63,600 bases of DNA from Euryarchaeota archaeon UBA486 (GTDB lineage Archaea; Thermoplasmatota; Poseidoniia; Poseidoniales; Poseidoniaceae). The notes beneath the pieces were generated by a model, which ran no database searches, was not told where the DNA came from, and saw only the letters and a list, made by a program, of their open reading frames with translations. The stretch covers positions 36,326 through 99,925 of the forward strand of contig DAET01000045.1 of assembly GCA_002497765.1 (NCBI GenBank), in the 5' to 3' direction. Below, one piece after another: positions 1-8,595 of the stretch (position 1 is the first letter of the stretch; each line of letters starts with the position of its first letter). A program made the position numbers and the translations under genes.

Positions 1-375
1 GTGGAGGTTGATGTCTTCCATCGGGAGAACTTGGGCGTGACCGCCTCCGGCTGCACCGCCTTTGATGCCGAACACTGGCCCCATGGAGGGCTCTCGAATC
101 ACGCAGGTGGCGGACTGGCCGATGCGGCACAAGGCTTGGGTGAGGCCAATCGTGGTGACCGTTTTTCCTTCACCGAAGGGTGTGGGGTTGACGGAGGTCA
201 CCAAAACGAGGCTGCCTTGCGGCTTTGAAAACCGCTCTTTGAGGGCGGTCCAGGTGACTTTGGCCACCCCGTTCCCCATGGGCATCAATTCGTGTGCAGA
301 GATGCCGAGCTTCCACGCAACCGCTTCAATCGGTTCCATGTTGGCGGCGCGTGCGATTTCAAGGTCGGAGGCCAT
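1..375 (-). CDS. fhs: Formate--tetrahydrofolate ligase, N-terminal 125 codons (gene runs off the window start)
   Basis: Not in the ORF track. My translation of the reverse strand from ATG at 375: MASDLEIARAANMEPIEAVAWKLGISAHELMPMGNGVAKV...VTSVNPTPFGEGKTVTTIGLTQAL...IREPSMGPVFGIKGGAAGGGHAQVLPMEDINLH. The P-loop TPxGEGKT-T-IGL and EPSxGPxFGIKGGAAGGG are FTHFS hallmarks. It is in frame to position 1. The + strand ORFs 1..228 and 62..493 are antisense artefacts. Confidence 0.8.
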   Translation of the reverse strand, partial: MASDLEIARAANMEPIEAVAWKLGISAHELMPMGNGVAKVTWTALKERFSKPQGSLVLVTSVNPTPFGEGKTVTTIGLTQALCRIGQSATCVIREPSMGPVFGIKGGAAGGGHAQVLPMEDINLH

Positions 376-465
376 TGCTTCGGTGCGGCTCAATGGGTCT
401 TTGAAACCGTCGCCCGCTCAAGGCGAGCAGAGGCGGGTTTCGCCACCACATGTGAAGCGTGGGCT

Positions 466-1857
466 TCACTCGTCCTTCATCGTGCCCAGGTAGTCTGGGA
501 GGTCAACGCCGGCCATCTTGGCCACGTCATGGACCGGAGGCAGGCTCTGGATGAGGGAGGAGACAAAGTTGGAGGTTGCTCCACCTTCGCCGCCGTTGTT
601 GCCGGAGTCCCACACGGTGATCTTGTCGATCTTGAGGTTCGCAATGGCTTCGGTTTGTCGGGCCACGAGTTCCTCGATCTTCTCAACCATCAGCAGCGTA
701 GCAGCGGCCTTGGCGTCGCCGCCAGCGCTGGCGACGAGTCTGGCATAACCTTCTGCTTTGGCTTCAAGCACAGCACGCTGCCCCTCTGCTTCGGCGTTGT
801 AGGCAGCCAGGGTGGCGTCAGCCTGACCTTGGGCGATGCGGCGTTGGCGCTCGGCCTCGGCCTCGGCTGCGATTTCGATTTGCTGCTTCGAGACTTCCTC
901 ACGGGCGATTTCCTCGGCTCGCAGGCGCTGACCTTCAAACTCGTACTGCGCCTTCTCGATCTCGACCTGGGCCTTGCGCTTGGCGACTTCCGAACGCTTG
1001 AGGGCCTCGGCTTCCTTCTCAGCGAGGTCGGCGTTGAAGCTGGCAATGTCAGCACGGGACAGGTTTTCACCTTCAACGGCCTTGGATTCTTGCTGTTGAA
1101 CGAAGACACGTCGGTCGGCTTCTGCTTCTTTCTGACCCTTGTCCGATTCGGCTTGGTTTCGAGCGACTTCAATTTCTCGCGTACGGTCGGCTTGGGCCTG
1201 TCCGACGGCACCCTGGCGGGTGGCGTTGGCACGGTCCACATCGGCCTTGGCGATGGCTTCGGCAGCGGCCTTGGCACCGATCGACTTGATGTAGTCGGCT
1301 TCGTCGGTGATGTCCGTGATGTTGACGTTGATGAGGTAGAGACCAATCTTGTGAAGTTCGGTGTCGACGTTGTTGACCACTTGGCTCAAGAACGCTTCAC
1401 GGTCGCCGTTGATTTCCTCAATGGTCAATGAGGCGACGGTCAAACGAAGTTGACCGAAGATGATCTCCTTGGCCATGTCTTCGATTTGGGCGACCGGCAA
1501 GCCGAGAAGACGCTCCGCAGCGTTCTGCATGATGGAGGGCTTGGTGTCGATACCGATGGTAAAGGTCGAAGGCACGTTGATGCGGATGTTTTGCATCGAC
1601 AGAGCGTGCTCGAGGTTGATGTTGATGGTCATCGGTTTGAGGTCGAGGAAGCCATAGTTCTGGATGAGCGGCCAGACGATTTTTCCGCCACCGTGGTAAC
1701 ACTGTGCGGCGCCAGCGCCCTTCGTGTTACCATACACGACGAGAATCTGGTTTGAGGGTGCGAGTTTGTACCTTCGCGTTGCGAGGTAAACCGTTCCAAC
1801 GAGGACGAGGACGAAGAGTCCCAGACCAATCACGACAATAGCACTTGAATCTGCCAT
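466..1857 (-). CDS. Flotillin-family SPFH/Band-7 membrane scaffold protein
   Basis: 463 aa. N-terminal TM (IVVIGLGLFVLVLVGTVYL), an SPFH core (PSTFTIGIDTKPSIMQNAAERLLGL; EINGDREAFLSQVVNNVDTELHKIGLYLINVNITDITD), then a long Glu/Ala-rich coiled coil (AEAEAERQRRIAQGQADATLAAYNAEAEGQRAVLEAKAEGYARLV), as in YuaG/FloT/YqiK flotillins. Confidence 0.9.
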   Translation of the reverse strand: MADSSAIVVIGLGLFVLVLVGTVYLATRRYKLAPSNQILVVYGNTKGAGAAQCYHGGGKIVWPLIQNYGFLDLKPMTININLEHALSMQNIRINVPSTFTIGIDTKPSIMQNAAERLLGLPVAQIEDMAKEIIFGQLRLTVASLTIEEINGDREAFLSQVVNNVDTELHKIGLYLINVNITDITDEADYIKSIGAKAAAEAIAKADVDRANATRQGAVGQAQADRTREIEVARNQAESDKGQKEAEADRRVFVQQQESKAVEGENLSRADIASFNADLAEKEAEALKRSEVAKRKAQVEIEKAQYEFEGQRLRAEEIAREEVSKQQIEIAAEAEAERQRRIAQGQADATLAAYNAEAEGQRAVLEAKAEGYARLVASAGGDAKAAATLLMVEKIEELVARQTEAIANLKIDKITVWDSGNNGGEGGATSNFVSSLIQSLPPVHDVAKMAGVDLPDYLGTMKDE

Positions 1858-1905
1858 GGTGGGAGGAGTGCTTACCCCTTTAATACATTTGAGTCGGCAG
1901 TCCCG

Positions 1906-2541
1906 TCACTCTTCTTCCACAACGCCAGCGGAAACGCTGAGTGGCCGAACGATGAGCATCTCTGCGATGTTCCCGACCACCTCTACAAATTTTCCAGTTT
2001 GAATGGTCAAGCTCTCGTCCTCTGCTACAGCTTCGCAGGTCCGCAAAGCATCTTGGAATTCGACCTGGATTTGACCGGACTGTCCGGCACGAATGGTTCT
2101 GTAGACCGTCCCCTTCGCGCCAATGGCGTCGTTGTGTCGGACGGTTCCGTCGCTCTCGAGGCTCATCATGACCTGGAACACCTTTCCAACGAGCCACATC
2201 GAAATGACACCCGCTACCCCGCCGACGCCGACAGCGATGATGTTGTGCTGGTCAGCCTGTGAGGTGGCGAGGCCAAAAATACCGAACATCATGACGAAAC
2301 TGAGAATGCCTTGAACGGTCAACATTTGGAACGAACCCTCGGCTGAATCCATGCCGAAATCAACGTCGATGCCGACGGCATCAAGCGCACCGTCGGCCAC
2401 GCCACCGATCAGCACCAATCCAAAGTAAATGATGAACAAAAGCGTGCCAGCGATGGCCATGCCAGCAAAAACAACGTCCAGGCCGCTGATGCCTCCGAGA
2501 CCCAGCAATTCCAACAAATCAGTAAACAGCGACATCGTCAA
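1906..2541 (-). CDS. NfeD/YqiJ-like membrane protein (multi-TM N-terminus, OB-like soluble C-terminus)
   Basis: 211 aa. Several hydrophobic helices, then a C-terminal GAKGTVYRTIRAGQSGQIQVEFQDALRTCEAVAEDESLTIQTGKFVEVVGNIAEMLIVRPL resembling the NfeD OB-fold. It lies directly upstream of the flotillin gene, the classical NfeD-SPFH pairing. Confidence 0.6.
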   Translation of the reverse strand: MTMSLFTDLLELLGLGGISGLDVVFAGMAIAGTLLFIIYFGLVLIGGVADGALDAVGIDVDFGMDSAEGSFQMLTVQGILSFVMMFGIFGLATSQADQHNIIAVGVGGVAGVISMWLVGKVFQVMMSLESDGTVRHNDAIGAKGTVYRTIRAGQSGQIQVEFQDALRTCEAVAEDESLTIQTGKFVEVVGNIAEMLIVRPLSVSAGVVEEE

Positions 2542-2831
2542 GCACCTTTGCGTTTCTCTTTGCCCTCTTGCACATCAATGTTCTGCCGTTTCTTTGGTCG
2601 ACGAATGTAGTTGATGTAGTAGTGGCCGTAGACCACCGGGCCAATGGAGCCACCCACGATCAGGCCACCAAGCCATCCGGGAACGTCAAGTGCAACCACG
2701 ACCATGAGGATGAAAAAAAGAACGATGAGCATGGATGCTTTTTCGAGCATCAAGAGGTAGGCCCGCTCTCCCTCGTTTTCGGTACCGGGTGCTCCGGATT
2801 TCAAAAAAAGCAGGTCGAGCATGCCGGGCAT
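2538..2831 (-). CDS. Small membrane protein (hypothetical), 4-nt overlap with the NfeD-like gene
   Basis: 97 aa with two hydrophobic segments (MLIVLFFILMVVVALDV, WLGGLIVGGSIGPVVYG) and a basic C-terminus (RRPKKRQ...KEKRKGA). Its stop overlaps the downstream start. No recognisable family. Confidence 0.45.
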   Translation of the reverse strand: MPGMLDLLFLKSGAPGTENEGERAYLLMLEKASMLIVLFFILMVVVALDVPGWLGGLIVGGSIGPVVYGHYYINYIRRPKKRQNIDVQEGKEKRKGA

Positions 2832-2844
2832 TCAATTCTCACAC

Positions 2845-3150
2845 TCAAAGCGCACCGAGAATCACTTCAAACACGAAGATGATGAAAATGTACATGCCGA
2901 CGATGAAACCGAGCGGTTGGTCTTCGTTCGCGAGGTTGCTCATCAGCCCCTCTTCTCGATCTTGCATGGTGGATTCCCGCGATAATTTGTCGTTCTTTTC
3001 CACCGAATAGACGAGGTAAGCAATGGTGGCGATGATGACGCCCCATGAAGCACCAAACACCGTTCCGAGGGCCTCGTTGAATTCAGACCACATCTTCAGG
3101 GTCATGTAGGTGCCCAGGCCTGCAGTCATGAGGGCGACGGCTTTTCCCAT
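2845..3150 (-). CDS. Small membrane protein (hypothetical)
   Basis: Track ORF 2845..3519 shortened to the internal Met (MGKAVALMTAGLGTYMTLKMW...). The upstream 123 codons are Arg/Gln-rich, overlap the aroE-like gene on the opposite strand and look non-coding. The 101-aa product has hydrophobic N- and C-terminal helices. Confidence 0.45.
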   Translation of the reverse strand: MGKAVALMTAGLGTYMTLKMWSEFNEALGTVFGASWGVIIATIAYLVYSVEKNDKLSRESTMQDREEGLMSNLANEDQPLGFIVGMYIFIIFVFEVILGAL

Positions 3151-3231
3151 GGAGGGTGGAGTGCACACTCCCTCTTGAAGGTTCACACGACGATACGGCG
3201 GCTTTTTGTGGTGTGTGGCCGTGGAAATATC

Positions 3232-4209
3232 ATGCCAGCAATTCGATACGGAATTGCGGGCCGCCCGGTTGACCACAGCCTTTCTCCTCTGCTCACGGCC
3301 CTGGTCGCTCGTCATTTGGGGATCGCTCTGAGCGACAAACAATTGACCATGGAGTTGGTTGACGTTGACAACCTTCCCGATGCCTTGGCTTGGGGTTATG
3401 CAGGGGCAGTTCCTCAACCGATTCCCTGGGTCTACACGGGTGCTGTTTTCGGAAAGTTTCGAACCAAAGCGCTGCTCAAAAAAGCACTGGAGGCTGCCAG
3501 CGAGGTGAACGATGTCCACCCGTTGCTGGTTGGCATTGAAGGTCCCCTTTCAACCCCCAAAACCCTGCCTTCGACGCTTCCCACACGGATGTTCGAAGAG
3601 GAAATTTGGCTCAATTTGACGGCGCCGCTCAAGCATCAACTTGATTCCGGTGCCGTGGTGGCCGTTGACGATTCCATGGCCAACAAATGCGTGAATGCGC
3701 TCCGGTGGGACGGCCGTGGTTGGTGGTGTGCTGGTTTGGACGGTACCGGCGTTGTCGACGTGCTTCACCATCATGGATTGACGCCCGGTGAAGATGTTCT
3801 CGGCTTGGTCGGTGGTGGCGGCGCAGCCCGTTCAACAGCAGCCGCATGGGCAAGTTTGGGCGGCCGGGTCCACCAACTCAAAAGCCGGCGAATGTTCGAG
3901 GACGGACCGTGGATGGATGCCATCACCGACAAGTCTCCTGACATGGTGGTGGATTTTGACAACGACGAGCCCGTATCAGAGGGGGTTCGTCTGTTGCGTT
4001 CATCGTACCGTCCCATGGAAGGGACCGTCGAAGAACGCGCAAAGGCAATTTCGGGCAACGCCCTTGACGGTCGCTGGTTGCTCGTCGCTCAGCATCTGGC
4101 CTGCTGGCGTGTCTTGTGGGCACCCGAACGGGCACACGAACTCCCTTCGCTTGGCTTGTTGTTGACGCGCTTGCTTGAGGCCGAATGTTTGCTGGCTTCG
4201 TATGCATGA
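3232..4209 (+). CDS. aroE: Shikimate dehydrogenase-like protein (AroE family) with a large internal insertion
   Basis: Start moved to MPAIRYGIAGRPVDHSLSPLL (GxxGxPxxHSxSP motif). It has NLTAPLKH (NxTxPxK catalytic Lys), CVNALRWDG..WWCAGLDGTG (the NTDG-like Asp region) and a dinucleotide loop LVGGGGAARSTAAA. The spacing between the first two motifs is ~65-70 aa longer than in typical AroE. Confidence 0.6.
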   Translation: MPAIRYGIAGRPVDHSLSPLLTALVARHLGIALSDKQLTMELVDVDNLPDALAWGYAGAVPQPIPWVYTGAVFGKFRTKALLKKALEAASEVNDVHPLLVGIEGPLSTPKTLPSTLPTRMFEEEIWLNLTAPLKHQLDSGAVVAVDDSMANKCVNALRWDGRGWWCAGLDGTGVVDVLHHHGLTPGEDVLGLVGGGGAARSTAAAWASLGGRVHQLKSRRMFEDGPWMDAITDKSPDMVVDFDNDEPVSEGVRLLRSSYRPMEGTVEERAKAISGNALDGRWLLVAQHLACWRVLWAPERAHELPSLGLLLTRLLEAECLLASYA

Positions 4210-4259
4210 GACAGAAGACTCTTTGATTCACGAACCCGACTGGGTGGCAAGGGGTCCGC

Positions 4260-6995
4260 ATGCAACGTCTGCACTTCGCACTGGTCGGCATCGTCGTCCT
4301 CTCTTTGTGGGCGCCGTCTGGACTTGCCCTGCTCGAGGAGGAGACCTCCTTTGAGCCGTCGCATCAAGGGACTGATTTTCCCATCGGCTGGACTGAGTTT
4401 AATCTCGGTGGTCCATTTTCTCCTGAAGTTCGAATGGTCTATCCGGCCATGTTCGACGGCCAAGACAAGGAGATGGCGGGTAACGGGCCGTTCTCATGGC
4501 TCATTTTTGTCGGTGATTCCGGTGAAGCCCTCGACGGCTACGACTTGTGGACCGATGAACTGGTCAAGCGTGGCTTCATCGTGGTGATCACCCAAGCCTT
4601 CTCGGACGAAACCGATGTTGAGGCCACGCTGGAGCGCTTTGTCGACATTCAAGATGCGATGTTGCAGCAAAACCAATCCAACATCCATGTCTTGGGTTCG
4701 GTGGGGAACATCGACCTGGATCACTGGGCTGTTTCTGGTCACGGAAAAGGTGCAACAGCGGCTTATTTGGCGTTCCCGTTTTGGGACCAAACCCCCGTTG
4801 CCACCACCGTCCACCCGCCTCGGGCTGTGTTTGGGTTGGGCGTTGATTTTGAAGAGCTTGAACCCTCGTTCGAGTGGGACGATGTCGCCACGCCCTCCTT
4901 CCCGCAACCGAACACGGGGCTGTTCATCACGGGCACGGTGGATGAAGTTGCACCGTCTCAACAAGCCATGGAACGCGTCGAGGGACTCGGTGGTGTGGCT
5001 TGGCATTGGATTCACCTGCTTGGTGCAGACCATTATCAGTTCCAAGACACGCGGTCCATCTTCGAAAATGACGGTGATGCCACCATGAGTCAAACGGCCC
5101 AAATCGAACTTTCAGCAGAACACGTGGTGGCTTTCCTCGACACCGTTCTTCACGGCGACCACGCACGGTTCAGAGATGCGTTCAACCGTGGTGAGGGGGC
5201 GCAAATTGTCAGCGACCCGAATGCCTACGTGGACGAGAACCTCGAAGCGGCTTCGTTCCTTCGTTGGGTCTCAACATCAGCGAGCTACAACGCATCAACG
5301 CCATTGAATGGGACGCAGAATTTGACCCTCGCAGTGGAATGGACGCTACGAGACGGGACGTCCTTTGAGGACCTTCCCGCTGGGTGGGATGTGAACCTCA
5401 CATGTGGTTGGTCCAACGGTCCTTGGGAAGCCATAGGGACGCTGGCTCCCAACGGCACGGCCACCTGTGTCTACCCGATGGCGCCCGTTGCACCTGGACT
5501 TCAGAAAGCATGGCTTAAACTTCAGGTGGAAGGTGCTCCGGCGACCTTTGGTGCAGCCGTGTTCCGCGACAACACGCCAATCGTCCCCGTGTCTCCAAAA
5601 CCGGTGGTCTACGTTCCTCAACACAACACCCGAACGGTTGAGGCCCTCAGCATCGGTTCTGACCCCGACGGCCAGCTGGTTCGCATCGTGGATGCCACCT
5701 TGTCAGGTGACGACGCCTTCCATTTCCGAGTGGATGTTGCAGAACACGGGCTGAACATGTCCGTTAGTCACGCCTTGGATGAGGAATGGTTGGGTGAGTG
5801 TGTGCTTGATGTCACGCTCCGGAGTGACGGAGAGACGGTGGATGAATATTCAACGCAACTTCGCGTGGTGATGACGCCCGTGAACGACCCTCCTGTGAAG
5901 CAAGGAACGATTCCGATTCAAGAGATGAACGAGGATGGACCCAGCGTGGTCTACGACCTCGGTGATGTGGTTTCCGACCCGGAAGGGGAGCCACTTGAGG
6001 TGTTCATTTCAGGCCTGAAAAGTGGTGAACAAACGCCCGTTCACTTCAGCATTGAGGGTGAACGAATCACCTTAACACCGCTGCCGAACGCACACGGGGC
6101 AACGGTGCTCCAGATCCTGCTAAGCGATGGCGAGAACCCGTCGTTGATGGTTGAGGTGCCCGTCGTGGTCAATCCCGTGAACGACCCGGTCATTGTGAAC
6201 GCCTCGCAGTGGACCAACCTCTCGTTCGCTGAAGACACGACGTTCACCTTGGCGCTGGCTCCTTTGGCGTACGATGTTGACGGTGACGACTTGATGTGGA
6301 CGCTCGAAGGAAACCTCGATGCGTTCCAAGTCTCATTGACGAACGGCACCGTTGAGATGACACCGCAGCAAGATGTGTTCGGTGTCTTTGAGGGCGTTTG
6401 GTTGAACGTGTCCGATGGGACATCCACTCACGCACACAACATGACGGTCACCGTGGAACCGGTGGGCGACCTTCCCTTCGTCTCCATCGAATCTGTCCAA
6501 GGTCTGAGTGGCTCCACAGCGAACATGTACTGGTCGGTCGTCGACGTTGACGGCGAGGTCAACACCCAAGCGAACGTCTCGGTGGACGGAGTCATCGTGG
6601 AGGTGAACCACTCCTGTCTGAGTAGCGGAACGGGTGCCTATCAGTGCGTGACGCTCCTGCCCGTTCCGGCCGACACTTCCACCTCGCTCTATGTCGAACT
6701 CGAGATTTACGATGTGGAACTAGACCGCAGCGTCATTGCGAACAAGGTGGTTGACCTTTCCTCTGTCGGTGATGGCGGCAATGAAACGTCGGCTGGAGAG
6801 GACATCGGAGGCTCCGGTTCGATGGCGGTCGTCGCCGGAATTGGCATGTTACTCCTCCTCGTTGGGACCGGAGCGGTTTTGGTAAGCCGTTCGCGAAAGG
6901 CAGCGACTGAATCAAGCGCTCCCTCGGCGATATCGGATGAGCCTCCCGCCTCATCTGGGACGGGGTTGCTCGCTCGGGCAAAGCAGTTGAAGTGA
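4260..6995 (+). CDS. Type-I anchored surface protein A: signal peptide, alpha/beta-hydrolase-like head with substituted nucleophile, cadherin-like repeats, C-terminal TM
   Basis: 911 aa. Signal-like N-terminus (LHFALVGIVVLSLWAPSGLALL). Dienelactone-hydrolase/cutinase-like pattern (VYPAMF...PFSWLIFVGDSGE..DGYDLWTDELVKRGFIVVITQ...IDLDHWAVSGHGKGATAAYL). Repeats carry VNDPPV / VNPVNDPVIV / VEPVGDLPFV boundaries typical of cadherin-like domains. C-terminal TM (MAVVAGIGMLLLLVGTGAVLV) plus a short basic tail. Confidence 0.75.
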   Translation: MQRLHFALVGIVVLSLWAPSGLALLEEETSFEPSHQGTDFPIGWTEFNLGGPFSPEVRMVYPAMFDGQDKEMAGNGPFSWLIFVGDSGEALDGYDLWTDELVKRGFIVVITQAFSDETDVEATLERFVDIQDAMLQQNQSNIHVLGSVGNIDLDHWAVSGHGKGATAAYLAFPFWDQTPVATTVHPPRAVFGLGVDFEELEPSFEWDDVATPSFPQPNTGLFITGTVDEVAPSQQAMERVEGLGGVAWHWIHLLGADHYQFQDTRSIFENDGDATMSQTAQIELSAEHVVAFLDTVLHGDHARFRDAFNRGEGAQIVSDPNAYVDENLEAASFLRWVSTSASYNASTPLNGTQNLTLAVEWTLRDGTSFEDLPAGWDVNLTCGWSNGPWEAIGTLAPNGTATCVYPMAPVAPGLQKAWLKLQVEGAPATFGAAVFRDNTPIVPVSPKPVVYVPQHNTRTVEALSIGSDPDGQLVRIVDATLSGDDAFHFRVDVAEHGLNMSVSHALDEEWLGECVLDVTLRSDGETVDEYSTQLRVVMTPVNDPPVKQGTIPIQEMNEDGPSVVYDLGDVVSDPEGEPLEVFISGLKSGEQTPVHFSIEGERITLTPLPNAHGATVLQILLSDGENPSLMVEVPVVVNPVNDPVIVNASQWTNLSFAEDTTFTLALAPLAYDVDGDDLMWTLEGNLDAFQVSLTNGTVEMTPQQDVFGVFEGVWLNVSDGTSTHAHNMTVTVEPVGDLPFVSIESVQGLSGSTANMYWSVVDVDGEVNTQANVSVDGVIVEVNHSCLSSGTGAYQCVTLLPVPADTSTSLYVELEIYDVELDRSVIANKVVDLSSVGDGGNETSAGEDIGGSGSMAVVAGIGMLLLLVGTGAVLVSRSRKAATESSAPSAISDEPPASSGTGLLARAKQLK

Positions 6996-8591
6996 TCACA
7001 GCGGGATGTTGCCGTGCTTCTTTGGCGGCGACCACTCTCGCTTCGACTTGAGAATGTTGAGCGCCCGGCACAGACGGAGGCGACTTTCTTGGGGCTCAAT
7101 GACGTCGTCCAACCAACCGTTGCGCGCAGCGACGTAAGGGTCGCCGAACTTTGCTTTGTATTCGTCCACCAGCCGCTGGCGAACGCCTTCCTTTTCTTCA
7201 TCGGGGACGGCGCCGATCTCTCGTCGGTGGATGATGTTCACCGCACCTTCAGCCCCCATGACGGCGAGTTCGGCCGTGGGCCAGGCCACGTTGTAGTCGC
7301 TTTGCAGGTGCTTGCAGGACATAGCGAGGTAGGCGCCGCCGTAGGCCTTGCGAGTGACGAGGGTCAGTTTGGGGACGGTGGCTTCGGCATAAGCGAACAG
7401 GAGTTTGGCTCCGTGACGGATGATGCCGCCCCATTCTTGAACGACACCGGGGAGGAAGCCTGGCACGTCTTCAAAGGTGAGCAGCGGGATGTTGAACGCA
7501 TCGCAGGTGCGAATGAAGCGAGCCGCTTTGATGGACGCATCGATGTCAAGGCAGCCTGCCAGGACCTTAGGTTGGTTGCCAACGACACCGACGGTGGAGC
7601 CGTTCATGCGAGCAAAACCGATGATAATGTTGTCAGCGTAGGAGGGAAACAGTTCCATGAAGACGCCATCGTCGACCACTTCTTCCACCACCTTCACCAT
7701 GTCGTAGGGCTTGTTGGGGTTGTCCGGCACCATGTCCTGAAGCGCTTCATTGAGCCGGGTTGTGGGGTCGCCAGTGGCGAGAACCGGCGGGTCGGCCATG
7801 TTGTGATCTGGCAGATACGACAGAAGGGTGGCCGCCAGTTCGCAGGCATCTTCCTCGTCATCGGCGATCAGCGAGGCAATGCCCGAGCGGGAGGCGTGCA
7901 AGTTGGCACCTCCCAGCCCTGCCGCGTCCACTTCGCCGCTGATGACTTCCGGGGTTTCGAGCGGAGAGGACAAAAACAGCTGCCCGTGCTCTTCGCCAAG
8001 GATGGTGAAATCGGACAAGGAGGCCGCCAAAGCTGACACACCGACCACGGGCCCCAAGACGACGCTGATCATCGGGATGCGTCCGCTGCACTGGACCAAC
8101 CGGTCCAGCATCTCCCCGGTCCCCGCCAGGGAATTCACGCCGTCCTGTGCTCGCTGTCCGCCGCCGTCCCACATGGCGATGAGGGGGGCTTTGGCTCGCT
8201 CGGCCATCTCGACAATTTTGGCGATCTTCAGGGCGTGCATTTCGCCCATGCTTCCGCCGTGAACGCTGAAGTCCTGGGCAAAACAGTAAACGCGTCGACC
8301 TTCAATGGTGCCGTGCCCGGCCACCACGCCATCGCCGAGGGTTTGGTGCAGGAACATGTTGTGGTCGTCGGTACGGTGGGTGACGAAGGTATCCACTTCG
8401 AGGAACGAACCTTCGTCCAGCAGCAGGCCAATCCGGTCGCGTGCCGTGCCTCGGCCACTGGAACGAATGGCTTCTTGACGCTTGAGTCCACCGCCGAGGC
8501 GAGCCGTTTCGCGCTTGGCTCGCAACTCTTCAAGCGCATGGTTCGGGCTGTTGTCCACGGCGTTTCCACTCCTTTTCGGTTCTTGATTCAA
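6996..8591 (-). CDS. pccB: Acyl-CoA (propionyl-/methylmalonyl-CoA) carboxyltransferase beta subunit
   Basis: 531 aa. HGGSMGEMHALKIAKIVEMAERAKAPLIAMWDGGGQRAQDGV, GFARMNGSTVGVVGNQP and TFEDVPGFLPGVVQEWGGIIRHGAKLLFAYAEATVPKLTLVTRKAYGGAY are classic carboxyltransferase 12S/PccB signatures. Confidence 0.9.
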   Translation of the reverse strand: MNQEPKRSGNAVDNSPNHALEELRAKRETARLGGGLKRQEAIRSSGRGTARDRIGLLLDEGSFLEVDTFVTHRTDDHNMFLHQTLGDGVVAGHGTIEGRRVYCFAQDFSVHGGSMGEMHALKIAKIVEMAERAKAPLIAMWDGGGQRAQDGVNSLAGTGEMLDRLVQCSGRIPMISVVLGPVVGVSALAASLSDFTILGEEHGQLFLSSPLETPEVISGEVDAAGLGGANLHASRSGIASLIADDEEDACELAATLLSYLPDHNMADPPVLATGDPTTRLNEALQDMVPDNPNKPYDMVKVVEEVVDDGVFMELFPSYADNIIIGFARMNGSTVGVVGNQPKVLAGCLDIDASIKAARFIRTCDAFNIPLLTFEDVPGFLPGVVQEWGGIIRHGAKLLFAYAEATVPKLTLVTRKAYGGAYLAMSCKHLQSDYNVAWPTAELAVMGAEGAVNIIHRREIGAVPDEEKEGVRQRLVDEYKAKFGDPYVAARNGWLDDVIEPQESRLRLCRALNILKSKREWSPPKKHGNIPL

Positions 8592-8595
8592 ACGC

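Noticed and set aside
452-469. Perfect 7-bp hairpin GTGAAGC-gtgg-GCTTCAC spanning the flotillin stop codon
   Set aside because: No oligo-U tract follows on the transcribed strand, and archaeal termination does not generally need hairpins. It may be fortuitous in GC-rich DNA. I record it only as a weak candidate for an inter-cistronic structure before fhs.
292-1431. 379-aa + strand ORF, plus 518..748, 690..1346 and others, overlapping the flotillin gene
   Set aside because: It is antisense to, or out of frame with, a confidently identified flotillin. The translation is low-complexity (Gly/Leu/Val/Asp-rich) with no motifs. This is typical of long spurious ORFs in GC-rich DNA.
7014-8036. 340-aa + strand ORF antisense to pccB
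   Set aside because: The opposite strand encodes a full-length carboxyltransferase with all hallmark motifs. The antisense product has no recognisable features.
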